DNA of 64,000 bases from contig CDROCS010000840.1 of the NCBI GenBank assembly GCA_977020255.1, positions 496,001 through 560,000 on the forward strand. The letters are read 5' to 3'. How positions within the stretch are numbered: position 1 is the stretch's first letter; each line of letters starts with the position of its first letter. Below are positions 1 to 9,929 of this stretch, one piece after another. A program made the translations under genes and the position numbers. A model generated the notes under the pieces. It saw only the letters and a program-made list of their open reading frames with translations. It ran no database searches and had not been told where the DNA came from. The stretch comes from Obrimoposthia wandeli (taxonomy: Eukaryota).

Positions 1-161
1 TAATTGATTCATTTCAAGATGCAACTACTATTCCACATTGATACATTTTTATCGATTTTACTCAAGATTGTCCCGATGACTTTAGAGTTAGAACTGATGT
101 ATTCAATCCATCGGGAATAACCGTATATAAACAAACAAAGAAACCAGTTTCTCGAAGATGA
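1..161 (+). pseudogene. C-terminus of Polinton packaging ATPase (A32/FtsK-like), disrupted
   Basis: Manual translation IDSFQDATTIPH*YIFIDL-(frameshift)-TQDCPDDFRVRTDVFNPSGITVYKQTK... resembles the A.KDAT..PYGYL.IDL.Q.TPD.LRLRTNIF end of Polinton ATPases. Stop TGA 159-161 overlaps the next ATG. Confidence 0.75.
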
Positions 162-586
162 ATTTTAAAAAGGAAATTGTTAAACCTGAAGTTAAAAAAT
201 TGATTAAATCAGTTTTAAGTGCAAGGAAAATGGTTGCTCAAAAATCCAATAAGAAAAGAACTGCTGTTAAAAAATCTAGGAGTATTGCCTATTTCAATTC
301 TCTCATGCGTGCACCTGCTATTCGCCGCCCAGCTATTCTTAAATCATTCCCTACTTTTGTAATTGATGATTTACTTAATATGATACAGAAAATAGTTTCT
401 GGTAAAATAATTGTCAAGGCTAACATGAATCGGCATAAGAAACCTCTTCTTGCTTTGTTTCACGCTAAAACACGAATTGGTAAACGTAAGTTGCTTTATA
501 AGCAAAGTGGTGGATTTTTAAGATTTCTCGTACCAATTATTAGCTCAATAGTTGGTGCACTTGCTAGTAGACTAATAAAACGATGA
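158..586 (+). CDS. Basic pX-like virion protein with a C-terminal amphipathic peptide after a QSGG/F protease site
   Basis: Intact 142-aa Lys/Arg-rich ORF ending KRKLLYKQSGGFLRFLVPIISSIVGALASRLIKR, the pattern of adenovirus pX-like ORFs in Polintons. Confidence 0.7.
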   Translation: MNFKKEIVKPEVKKLIKSVLSARKMVAQKSNKKRTAVKKSRSIAYFNSLMRAPAIRRPAILKSFPTFVIDDLLNMIQKIVSGKIIVKANMNRHKKPLLALFHAKTRIGKRKLLYKQSGGFLRFLVPIISSIVGALASRLIKR

Positions 587-683
587 TTATAAACATAAAT
601 TCGAATCAATAATATGAATTTATATATGGGATCACTTTCATCTATTCCTAAATTAAATATAAAAATATAATCGTCTTGCTGCA

Positions 684-1713
684 ATGGAGAAAATATGGTT
701 CGATCCAAGTCGACCCCGTTGGTTACACAGGGGTTTCAAAATTAGCAAAAGAGTCAAAGAAGACAAAAAAGGAAACTCAGGCGTGGTTGAAAAATCAATT
801 AGCTTACAGCTTAAACAAACCAATGAGACGTCGGTTCCCAACGAGATCATACAAAACAAGCGGCCCGAATGATTTATGGCAAGCAGATTTGATGGAAATG
901 ATTCCGTATGCGAGTATTAACGACGGACATCGATATATTTTAACTTGTATTGATGTCTTTAGCAGATTCGCGCGAGCTATTCCATTAAAGTCTAAGTCTG
1001 ATACCGATGTTTTAGCCGCAATGAAGCTTTTGATTTAAGAAATAAAACCAAGAAGTTTCCAAACGGATAGTGGAAAGGAGTTTTATAATAAACATGTTAG
1101 TGCACTATTGAAAAAACATAATATTAATCATTACTCAGTATTTTCCCAATATAAAGCTGCCCTAGTTAAACGTTTTAATCGAACATTGAGAGATCGATTG
1201 AAAAAGTATTTCACAAAGCAGGGAAATAAGTCCTGGGTCACTGTTTTACCTCAAATAATACATGCATACAATCATACTGAACACTCATCGTTAGACCGGA
1301 AAAGACCCGTTTATGTTACAGATGAGAATGCTATGGAAATTTGGCAACGCCGTAACCAAAGTCAAGTTGTAAAGAAACCCAATTATAAAGTTGGTGATTA
1401 TGTACGTATTTCTCAAATTAGTACTACTCCTTTTATAAAGAATTTCAAAGAGAATTGGAGCGATGAAGTATTTCGTATAACTAAAATTGATAATAAACGT
1501 GTGCCGGTAATGTATTTCATTGAGGATGAAACAAATAATGTAATCACGGGTAAATTTTATCATGAGGAATTACAAGTCTTGCCTGAGAAACCAAATGTAT
1601 ATAGAATCCAAGAAATTTTAGAGACATAAGGTAGAGGAAAGCATAAACAATATCATGTTAAGTGGCATGGATATACTGAACCTAGTTGGATATTAGCTTC
1701 TCAAATAGAATGA
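684..1713 (+). pseudogene. Retroviral-type (rve) integrase with C-terminal chromodomain
   Basis: MEKIWFDPSRP-(+1 frameshift in CCCC near 716)-VGYTGVSKL...WQADL...YILTCIDVFSRFA...FQTDSGKEF...KRFNRTL. Stops at 1036-1038 and 1627-1629, then GRGKHKQYHVKWHGYTEPSWI (chromodomain) to TGA 1711-1713. Confidence 0.93.
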
Positions 1714-2732
1714 ACTCAATGTATGTTGTATTACCAAGTAATGGTTCGCCATTAACTCAGCCGAATAATACTGCTAATAGTTTTAGTATTGATTATCAAA
1801 GCTCAATCAATTTACCTGGTTCTTGGGAAGCTGCTCTTATGGAATTTTCTTTCAATTACTATCCTATATCTATTCAAAGTGAAACTGAGATTGAATATAT
1901 TACTCAACAAGAAGCTGATAAAGTAACTGATGTGACTTTACTATTTGATAAGGGTCAAATGGATTTGGCTCGTATTAAGTCAGGCGATGATTTCACAATC
2001 TTTTTAAATAAAGAGAATCGAATTCAAATTATGGGAAAACGGGATAATTTTGAAATAGTTTTTAATGATGAAATTGTTGCAGAACAATATGGATTTCTGC
2101 CTAACGTTGAAAAAGGAAAGCATGCGGTTTCGAAAATTATGGATAATCATGTCAAGTATCCGATAATTACATTCAAGATAAAAAACAGATTCCCTAAACG
2201 CGAGAGGAAAATATATTCAGTTCCCAATGATTTTCTTTTTGCCGATAGCGAAAGCATGTGTAAACATTTTAAAACAGTGTTACCAAATGTATTTGAAAAC
2301 TTTAAACTAGTTAATAAATTGATTCATTTCAAATTGAAATCTAATATTGATAAAGTTGTCATGGAAAAATCATTAGCCTCAATTATCGGTTTTGATGAAA
2401 ATGAATTTGAAAATAAAAAGGAGGTTTTCAAAGCAAAGATTATTCCTAAAATGACTAATGCATATAATCAGATTTATATCTACACGAGTATTACTGAACC
2501 AATATTCGTAGGAGGAAGAAAACTTCCCTTAATTAAAGCAATTTGGGTTCAACAGGAAAAGCACAAGTATGGTGATGTTATACATATTCCAATTGAAATT
2601 CCAATGTATATTCCAGTGAGTTCTTCTTCTATAAACAATATTGAAGTTAATATACGTAATGATTCTGGAAGATTAATTACATTTGCTTACGGAACTAAAA
2701 CAAGTTTAACGGTTCATTTTTGTAAATTATGA
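1710..2732 (+). CDS. Polinton minor capsid (penton/PZ-like) protein
   Basis: Intact ORF from ATG 1710: MNSMYVVLPSN...NTANSFSIDY..SINLPGSWEAALME at the start and QIYIYTSITEP..VG..KLPLI...YIPV...INNIEVNIRNDSG at the end, typical of Polinton PZ; located between integrase and major capsid. Confidence 0.8.
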   Translation: MNSMYVVLPSNGSPLTQPNNTANSFSIDYQSSINLPGSWEAALMEFSFNYYPISIQSETEIEYITQQEADKVTDVTLLFDKGQMDLARIKSGDDFTIFLNKENRIQIMGKRDNFEIVFNDEIVAEQYGFLPNVEKGKHAVSKIMDNHVKYPIITFKIKNRFPKRERKIYSVPNDFLFADSESMCKHFKTVLPNVFENFKLVNKLIHFKLKSNIDKVVMEKSLASIIGFDENEFENKKEVFKAKIIPKMTNAYNQIYIYTSITEPIFVGGRKLPLIKAIWVQQEKHKYGDVIHIPIEIPMYIPVSSSSINNIEVNIRNDSGRLITFAYGTKTSLTVHFCKL

Positions 2733-3091
2733 TTGATTCAAGTATAATCGATGCGTATAGTAAACCGATGCAAGGAGGTGATTTGCCTTATTTTGCGGGA
2801 AAACAGTATGGATCAGGATGGCTGAAGGTTTTTGGTTGCTTTGCTTTCCCACTACTCAAGCGACTCGGGAAATTTATTGCTAATGTTGGATCAAAATACT
2901 TGTCTGGTGATGAGAAATTTGTTCCCACACAAAAGGATGCAGCCTTGGATCAGGGGAATGAAAGTTTACCAAGTCTAGCTGAATATTTGAAAAAGAAAAC
3001 TCAAAAGGGAAGTGGTTATAAACGTAAGAAAACATCTAAAGCATCAGGTATAAACAAACGTTTGAAACTAGGTGGAACAATCTTTAAGTAA
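2729..3091 (+). CDS. Small virion core/membrane-active precursor protein
   Basis: Intact 120 aa with MQGG/D, QYGSG/W and QKGSG/Y motifs (candidate adenain sites), an amphipathic WLKVFGCFAFPLLKRLG segment and a basic C-terminus. Confidence 0.65.
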   Translation: MIDSSIIDAYSKPMQGGDLPYFAGKQYGSGWLKVFGCFAFPLLKRLGKFIANVGSKYLSGDEKFVPTQKDAALDQGNESLPSLAEYLKKKTQKGSGYKRKKTSKASGINKRLKLGGTIFK

Positions 3092-4320
3092 TGAGTTGTG
3101 CTAAAACTGAATTGTGTATATTCGATAAACCTATATCTCAGGTTGTGGTTGATAGTGCTAGTTTTGAAGAAATATTTCCGACAAATACGGTTAACGGGAC
3201 ATCTTCTCCGGATTTAGAATTCAATATTAATGGATCCAATACTCAATATCTTGATTTGAATGATAGTTTATTTCTCGTTAAATTGAAAGTTACAAAGGAA
3301 GGAGGAGGTGATTTGGATGATGATTTGGATATCAAATCAGTTAATTAAATGTTGCATACTCTTTTCAAGGATGTGATTCTCAGTCTCAATAATGTGAAAG
3401 TTGAGGGAAATAATACTAGCTACACCCATAAAGCAATGATTGAAACATTGCTGAATTACGGTAATGATACGAAATTGATTAATCTTGATGCAATTGGGTT
3501 TGATGATGATGAAAAAAGAAGAACTGCTTCGATTGCGAAATCTAAAGTATTGTCACTTTGTGGGAGTCTCCATTTGGATTTCTTTAAGCAACCAAAGTAT
3601 ATTTTACCCGGTGTAAGTGCACATATTCGAATGAAGAGAAATCCAGTAGGTTTTAGTGTTGTTTGCGCCGATACCAATAAAGCTGCAATTGAGATTACGG
3701 AAGCAAAACTGTTGGTTCGAAGAGTAAAGGTGGAACCATCTGTACTCGTTGCACATCGAATAGGGTTGGAGAAGCAAAATGCATGTTATCCTATTAGAAA
3801 AACTAATCTTGTTTCTCACGCTATCCCTACGGAGGCTCTATCTTATTACAAGGATCAGATATTTGGTGATATGCAACTTCCAAACTTTGTTTTAATTGCT
3901 TTCCAAAACACTTCTACCTATGGAGGTGAGTCTAAAAATGAGGTTTTTCAATTTGGACACATGAATGTGAGTTCAATTAAACTTGCACGAAATATTGATT
4001 ATCAAGAATCTTATACGAATGACTTTGAAAATAATGATTATGTGTTTTCTTATGTGCAATCTTTAATTAGAAATCTTGGTCATTTGGATAAGGATGCAAA
4101 TATTGAAATTTCAATGACTGATTTCAAGGACAAGTATACACTGTTCACATTTGTTCTCTCTCCTGATTTCGATATTAATCAAGCTCAAATCCCTAAACAG
4201 GGAAATTTGAAAGTAGAAATCAAGTTTTCAAAAGCACTTGAACATCCTACTAATATTATAATCTATGGAGTATTCGATTCTGAGGTTCAAATTACCAAGG
4301 GAGGAACAGTACTAGTATAA
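3091..4320 (+). pseudogene. Polinton major capsid protein (PY, double jelly-roll) with one in-frame stop
   Basis: MSCAKTELCIFDKP...YLDLNDS...N*MLHTLFKDV.L.LN...LHLDFFKQPKYILPGV...PNFVLIAF...LFTFVLSPD...GNLKVEIKFSKAL..PTNIIIYGVFD. The two ORFs are in frame across TAA 3346-3348. Confidence 0.9.
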
Positions 4321-4349
4321 ACAAAATGAAAACAATAAAGAAGATATAA

Positions 4350-4727
4350 ATGAAGTAAGTCAGTTTGAATTTATTAATTAATATATATTCTAGTTCGGAA
4401 GAGATAACAAAAAGCGGAAGAAAACTACTCGGTTCGCGTTTCAATGGAGTCTACAGTCTTGATCACATCCCCTCTTTGACTCGTTTAGGTGGATATGTAA
4501 TCAATACACATTCATCTAATTTGCGTGGTGAACATTGGATTGCAATACATGTTAAAGAAAATGAAATCTTTGTTTTTGACCCCTTTGGGATATATTACCC
4601 TTCTAAATTAGTATCTACAGTACTTGACTCTCGAAAGAAAGTACATTTTAGTAAGAAACATTATCAAAATGTTTTAACACAGTCATGTGGACAACTCTGT
4701 ATGCTTTGGTTAAAGCATAAACAATAG
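4350..4727 (+). CDS. Adenain-like cysteine maturation protease, spliced: exons 4350-4354 and 4394-4727
   Basis: GEHWIA...FDPFG...YQ...QSCGQLC catalytic H/D/Q/C pattern. ATGAA/GTAAGT...TTCTAG/T removes a 39-nt intron and yields in-frame MNSEEITKSGRKLLGSRFNGVYSLD. Confidence 0.9.
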
Positions 4728-4764
4728 ATATAAACAATATCAAATAAAATTATTGCTATAAAAA

Positions 4765-5253
4765 ATGTCTGTTTATTTAATTGATTTTGAAGCTTTTATT
4801 GATAATAATACTGAGTTTGTAATAAAAGAACTATGTATAATGGATCTGGATGCAATCTTCTATCCTAAACATTACGTTTTTAAAATGCAACCTATATGGG
4901 ACATGATGAATAGAAAATCAAGAAAAATAAATAGATATCTCATTAAGCATTACCATCGACTAAAACTAGTTGATGGTAATAGTTATTTCAAGATACAAGA
5001 AATAACTGAGAAAATAAAACGTTGTTGTGATGTATCCAAATCAATTTTCTATGTTTTGGATGAAAATAATGGAGCTAAAATAAAGACAATCAATAAATAT
5101 TTTCCTGAATTTAGAGTGATAAATTACTCGAAAACATTAAAACAATTAAATCCATCAAATATCAATTGTCCATATATTAAACATGGAGAGCATTGTGCAT
5201 ACAAGAAATGCTTTGCAGCTAGTTTGGATTATTTAAATATTAATGAAAAATAA
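4765..5253 (+). CDS. Conserved Polinton accessory ORF with DFE.F...IKEL start (possible DEDD/DnaQ-like fold) and C-terminal C/H cluster
   Basis: Intact 162 aa: YLIDFEAF...FVIKELC...HYVFK...NRYLIKHYHRL...CPYIKHGEHCAYKKC. Function not established from sequence. Confidence 0.6.
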   Translation: MSVYLIDFEAFIDNNTEFVIKELCIMDLDAIFYPKHYVFKMQPIWDMMNRKSRKINRYLIKHYHRLKLVDGNSYFKIQEITEKIKRCCDVSKSIFYVLDENNGAKIKTINKYFPEFRVINYSKTLKQLNPSNINCPYIKHGEHCAYKKCFAASLDYLNINEK

Positions 5254-5358
5254 ACTACTCACATCCTTCAGTAAACTATTTTCTATTCTGATTAAAATGA
5301 ATCTGATTAGTTTAAATAATGAATGAAACTGATTGGCTTAATACTAGCTCGAAAATAG

Positions 5359-5365
5359 TATATAA
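5359..5365 (+). promoter_or_regulatory. TATA box of the pPolB gene
   Basis: TATATAA about 50 nt upstream of ATG 5413, preceded by CTGATT/CTGATTGG (CCAAT-like) motifs. Confidence 0.45.
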
Positions 5366-5412
5366 GCAAGCATCAATCAACAAATAACTCTCTATTATAA
5401 ACGAAATTGAAA

Positions 5413-8400
5413 ATGGTAAGATTCTTGTTATTTCTATATTTATTATATTTATAGAATTGCAATATGAATAAACGACTATGCTTCGAGGAGAGTCACAAGG
5501 AATGTGACGAAAAAATGAAGAGCTACTTAAGGCAGAAGTTCAACGGACAACAATTTTACGTATGTCCAGTATGTCTCTCCGCGGAGGAGATTGATTGGGT
5601 AGAGTTTGTGGCACGTCATCGTGTCCATCTTCGTCATTTCCAGCAACGTTGTAAGAAGGCCATCTTTCAGAATAGATCTGCTTCTCCTGCTACTATTTCT
5701 CAAGTTCCGGTTGCTGCACCAGTATCTACTCCAATTGCTGCTGCTGTTTCAGTTGCTGCACCAATTACTTCTCCATTTGCTGCTGCACCAATTGCTTCTC
5801 CATCATCTGCTGCACCAATTACTATGCTTCATGTTATGCCTCCTCCAGTTGGTATGATCCCCGTGCCGTTACCAGCATCTACCCGCAAGAGAAGTGTTAT
5901 GCCCACTTCAGGTAGCTATGTTGCGAAGTTTTCCAGGGTTGATGCTGTTAAGCGTAAGACTAGTCTTCGGGGCACGATTGAGACATTGTCATTAGATGTT
6001 TCTAATGACAATGTCATCGATTTACAAGTTCCTGTATCACCTTTGACTAGCTTAAGAGACACAGTCAGCAAGTTTGCGACTTGCAAGGTTCAATTCGGGG
6101 TCAATATTGAAGAAACACGCGCTTGGAATTTTTCCAATAGAGGGCTCCCCATAGATGAGGGGTTTATAGATGCGGGAGTAGATGGGATCAACAAAAAGAT
6201 TGAAAATGATTCCCAAAGTAGCAGTAATTGGGTAGTGAACCGCTTCCTGGAGATTTCGTTTGTTGTAACTAAAACAACAACAATGAACTATCTCCAGGGG
6301 AGTAGTTATAAACCTACTCCATCTGAGTTAGCACTCTCACATTGCGTTATCAATATGCAGAACTCTAACACTTTTTGCTTCCTTTACAGTATCTTATCTG
6401 TACTTTTCCGCGAAGTATTTCGCTCTAATCCTCATCGGGTTACTCAATATGATGCCCTTTTGAGTCAATTAGTTTTTGATGAGAATGAGATGCCGATACG
6501 TCTATGTAATATACCGCGATTTGAGAGAAAGAATCCATCTCTCTCAATCAACGTATTTACATTCAATAGGTTATCTAATGTGCAAACAGATAGGGATATC
6601 TTCAAAAATCCCTATGTGGATGTCATATACAGGACCACAAACCCGGACGCTAAGGCAATCAATCTTCTCCTTTTAGAAAATAATGATAATTTTCATTATG
6701 TCGCTATTCCTAAACTCAATAGGCTGCTTAATTATAGGAACAGAGGTGTATCTAATCGCATCCAGTGTACTTGGTGCCATAAGTGTCTTCATAACATCCG
6801 GAGACCAATAAGTTACGACAAACACGTCCCGCTCTGTAGGATGAATTTAGATCATACAACACTTTATTCAATGCCTACAGAGAAGCATATTGAGTTTAAG
6901 GACTTTTTGAAAACGATTTCACCGCCTTTTGCTGTTTACGCGGACTTTGAAGCTGTGCTACCGCCGCATGGAATCCATCATCAGATTCAGCTTCCAATCT
7001 CGGCCGGTATGCTCATGTCTCCCGTTGCAGCTACGATAGGGTACACACATGATTACTCGGTCTTTACTGGGGAATCTTGTGTGGTATCCTTTTTGCAGAA
7101 ATTAGAGGACTTGGCGAAAGAGGTTGTACTCCCATGGTACAAGAAGCATGCGATTGAGGTGATGCGACAACTCACCCTGGAACAGGTATCGAGTTTCAAT
7201 GCCGCAAGAATCTGTTACCTGTGTAAGAAGAAACTCACAAAGAAAGTTCGAGATCACGATCACATGACTGGCGAATATCTGGGAGCAGCACATGCAAAAT
7301 GCAACTTATCAAGGAGACTCAATCGATCTTTTCCCGTCATTTTTCATAATCTGATGGGTTATGACATGCATCACATATTGAAACACGCACTGTGCATGTT
7401 TCCTGACTAGAATGTCTTTCTTATACCTCAATCAACAGAGAAATTTCAGGCTATGATGGTGTATATTGGAGGAGTCTGTATACGTTTCATCGATTCCCTT
7501 CAATTTTTGAACAGCGGCCTTGAAAAACTTGTGGAAAACCTGGGTGTGACTCCTCTAACACATTCGGTCTTCCCGCAACATCTGGTGAGCGCCAAGGAAA
7601 TCTTCCCATACGATATGGCAGTATCAGAGACTGCTCTTCGTGCAATCACCAGCTTACCGCCAAAGTGGGATGAAAAGATCAAACCAGCACAATATGAAAT
7701 GGCGAAGATGGTCTGGACTCAGAGCGGCTGCTCATCGCTCTGGGACTATATTCTGGTCTATATGAAGATGGACGTCTACCTTCTAGCAGACGTGTTTACA
7801 GCATTCTGGACCAAGGCCATTGCTGACGATGGATTGGAGCCACTAAATTTATTCTCCATCCCTGGTTTGTATTTTACTAATTTTTTCTAATTTTCACCAA
7901 GTAAAATTTAACCAAGTAATTTTTATTAAGTAACTTTTCACAAAGTAATGATTTTTACAATGATTTTAATAAATGTTTTATTTTCAGGACTGACTTTCGC
8001 GAGTGCTTTCAAATCCCTGCTTCATCCGGCTTCTTCTTCTTCTGCTCCTCCTGTGCGAGTCGAGCTAATACAGGATCCAGAGATGTACCGTCTTTTCCGT
8101 TCCGGGATTCGCGGGGGTATAACCTTTGTTAATGAACACCGCGTGGACGCCATCAATGGTACAGAACTTTTGTACATTGATGTAAATAATTTGTACGGGT
8201 GAGCTATCTCCCAGTTTTTACCTTGTGGTAACTTTTCCTGGGTGACTGATCGGTTAGAGTTGGGGAATATTATTTCCAGCTTAAAATCAGCAGATTTATC
8301 CTGTAGTCGCTTCGCTCATTTATTGGAAATAGATTTATCCATTCCCTTTGAGCTTCATAATAAATTCGACGATCTTCCCTTGCTACAATTAAACAGCGTC

Positions 8401-9415
8401 CACCAGGGTGTAAGACTGAAAAATTGTTATTAACGCATTACCATAAGAAACATTATGTTGTGCATTCTAGATTGCCACAAATGTACGTTAGACTTGGTGC
8501 TAAGGTAGATTTTGTATACAGAGCAATACAGTTTGAACAAACTAATGTTATTTCAAAATATATTAAGGATAATTCTCTCAAAAGAGCTGCGGCTACAACA
8601 GATTTCGAGCGGGATTATTATAATCTGAAAGTGAATTCTTTATTTGGAAAACTCATTGAGAATCTGATGAAAAGAATTAACCTCCGGATTTGTAATACTC
8701 CACAGAAGGTAGTTACCTATAGCAGTAAAGTCCACTTTCGTAGGACAATCGAAATCGATACGGACCTTATTGCAGTTTTACTGGATAAGGAAAATATTGT
8801 TTTGGATCGTCCTAGTTACATGGGCCAGGCAGTATTAGATTTAAGCAAACTTCGTATGTATGAGCTACAATATGAGCAGTTGGAGAAATATCGAGTTCAA
8901 TTTAACTGCGACATTAGAATTATAGCGGGTGACACTGATAGCTTTTTCTTGAAGTGTAATAATGTAAATGTTCAAGAATCACTGTTACCTGCTATGATTG
9001 CTGATGGACTGTTGGATACCTCGAAATTTCCAAAAACCCATCCGCTTTATACGACGCTTAATACAGCGATAGGAAAATTTAAAGATGAGAGTAAGGGATT
9101 ATTTAGTTATAGGCAAGGGATTTTTCTACGACCAAAATCATATAGCCTAGAGACTACAGAGGGTGAATCTCAGATGAGAGCGAAAGGTATTAGTCTCCGA
9201 CAGACGAGTATTAGACACTCTAATTACTTAGCTGTCTATGAGAGTGGCGTTAGCGAGCGTGTACAACAACAACGTATAAGCTCGCTAAATCATCAACTTT
9301 TACTGTAAGGTTAACTAAAATTGCCTTAAGCAGTAGTGATGATAAGCGCAAGTGGATGGAGAAAAACCGTTCAGTCGCCTATGGTCACTTTTTATACCCG
9401 GATGAGGTTGTATAA
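5413..9415 (+). pseudogene. Protein-primed family B DNA polymerase (pPolB) with N-terminal Zn finger, OTU-like Cys/His region and endonuclease VII-like insert; two introns; disrupted
   Basis: YADFEA (ExoI), RDHDHMTG..GAAH..CN, FHNL.GYD, RFIDS.QF, YIDVNNLYG, K..VNSLFGK, AGDTDSFF, GKFKDE, RPKSY, RAKG motifs. Introns 5416-5454 and 7865-7987. Trp codons mutated to stops at 7408-7410 and 8200-8202; frameshifts near 8400 and 9300. Confidence 0.95.
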
Positions 9416-9530
9416 ACTTTTTATATGTGTTGTACATATTTTTATTCTCCTTTGTGATTTTACGGAATATATGTGTTAGAAATACTTGTCTTTATTTTAA
9501 AATTATTGGTATTTACATAAATTTGCAGGT

Positions 9531-9750
9531 TTTTGCAATATAGATGCAGTACGTGACTGTCTTTGTAGGTATTGATTACTGTCTTTGTTAGACACTCTCT
9601 CTCACACACACACGTGACTGTCTTTGTTAGACACTCACACATATATATACATGCTTGTATAAGAATAAATGTAGTACTTGTTACTATTAATTACATAAAG
9701 ATGCAAGTATTTGCAATGTAGATGCAGTACGTGACTGTCTTTGTTAGATA
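9531..9750. repeat. Dispersed short direct repeats downstream of pPolB
   Basis: GATGCAGTACGTGACTGTCTTTG at ~9543 and ~9721, with partial GTGACTGTCTTTGTTAGACACTC copies between. Confidence 0.7.
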
Positions 9751-9929
9751 GATATAGGAACGTTTAAACATGATTATCCAATTATATAATACTTTATTTT
9801 ATAAGTAGATAATTTAATTTAAATAAATTATAAAACACACACACACACGATATGTATTTTGGTGAAGACTGCGTGTTAATACCACCTTTAGATAAAAAGA
9901 TATATAGTTTTAAAGAATGTTACTAAAAA

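Noticed and set aside
496-872. ORFs 496-708(-), 653-859(-), 684-872(+) as separate genes
   Set aside because: Shadow frames of pX and integrase; 684-872 is the true integrase start thrown out of frame by one extra C.
5606-5857. Leu/Gln/His-rich ORF
   Set aside because: Alternative frame of the Ala/Pro-rich GCTGCACCAATT repeats in the pPolB N-terminal linker.
7948-7987. MIFTMILINVLFS as an N-terminal hydrophobic leader
   Set aside because: Lies within the 123-nt intron of pPolB.
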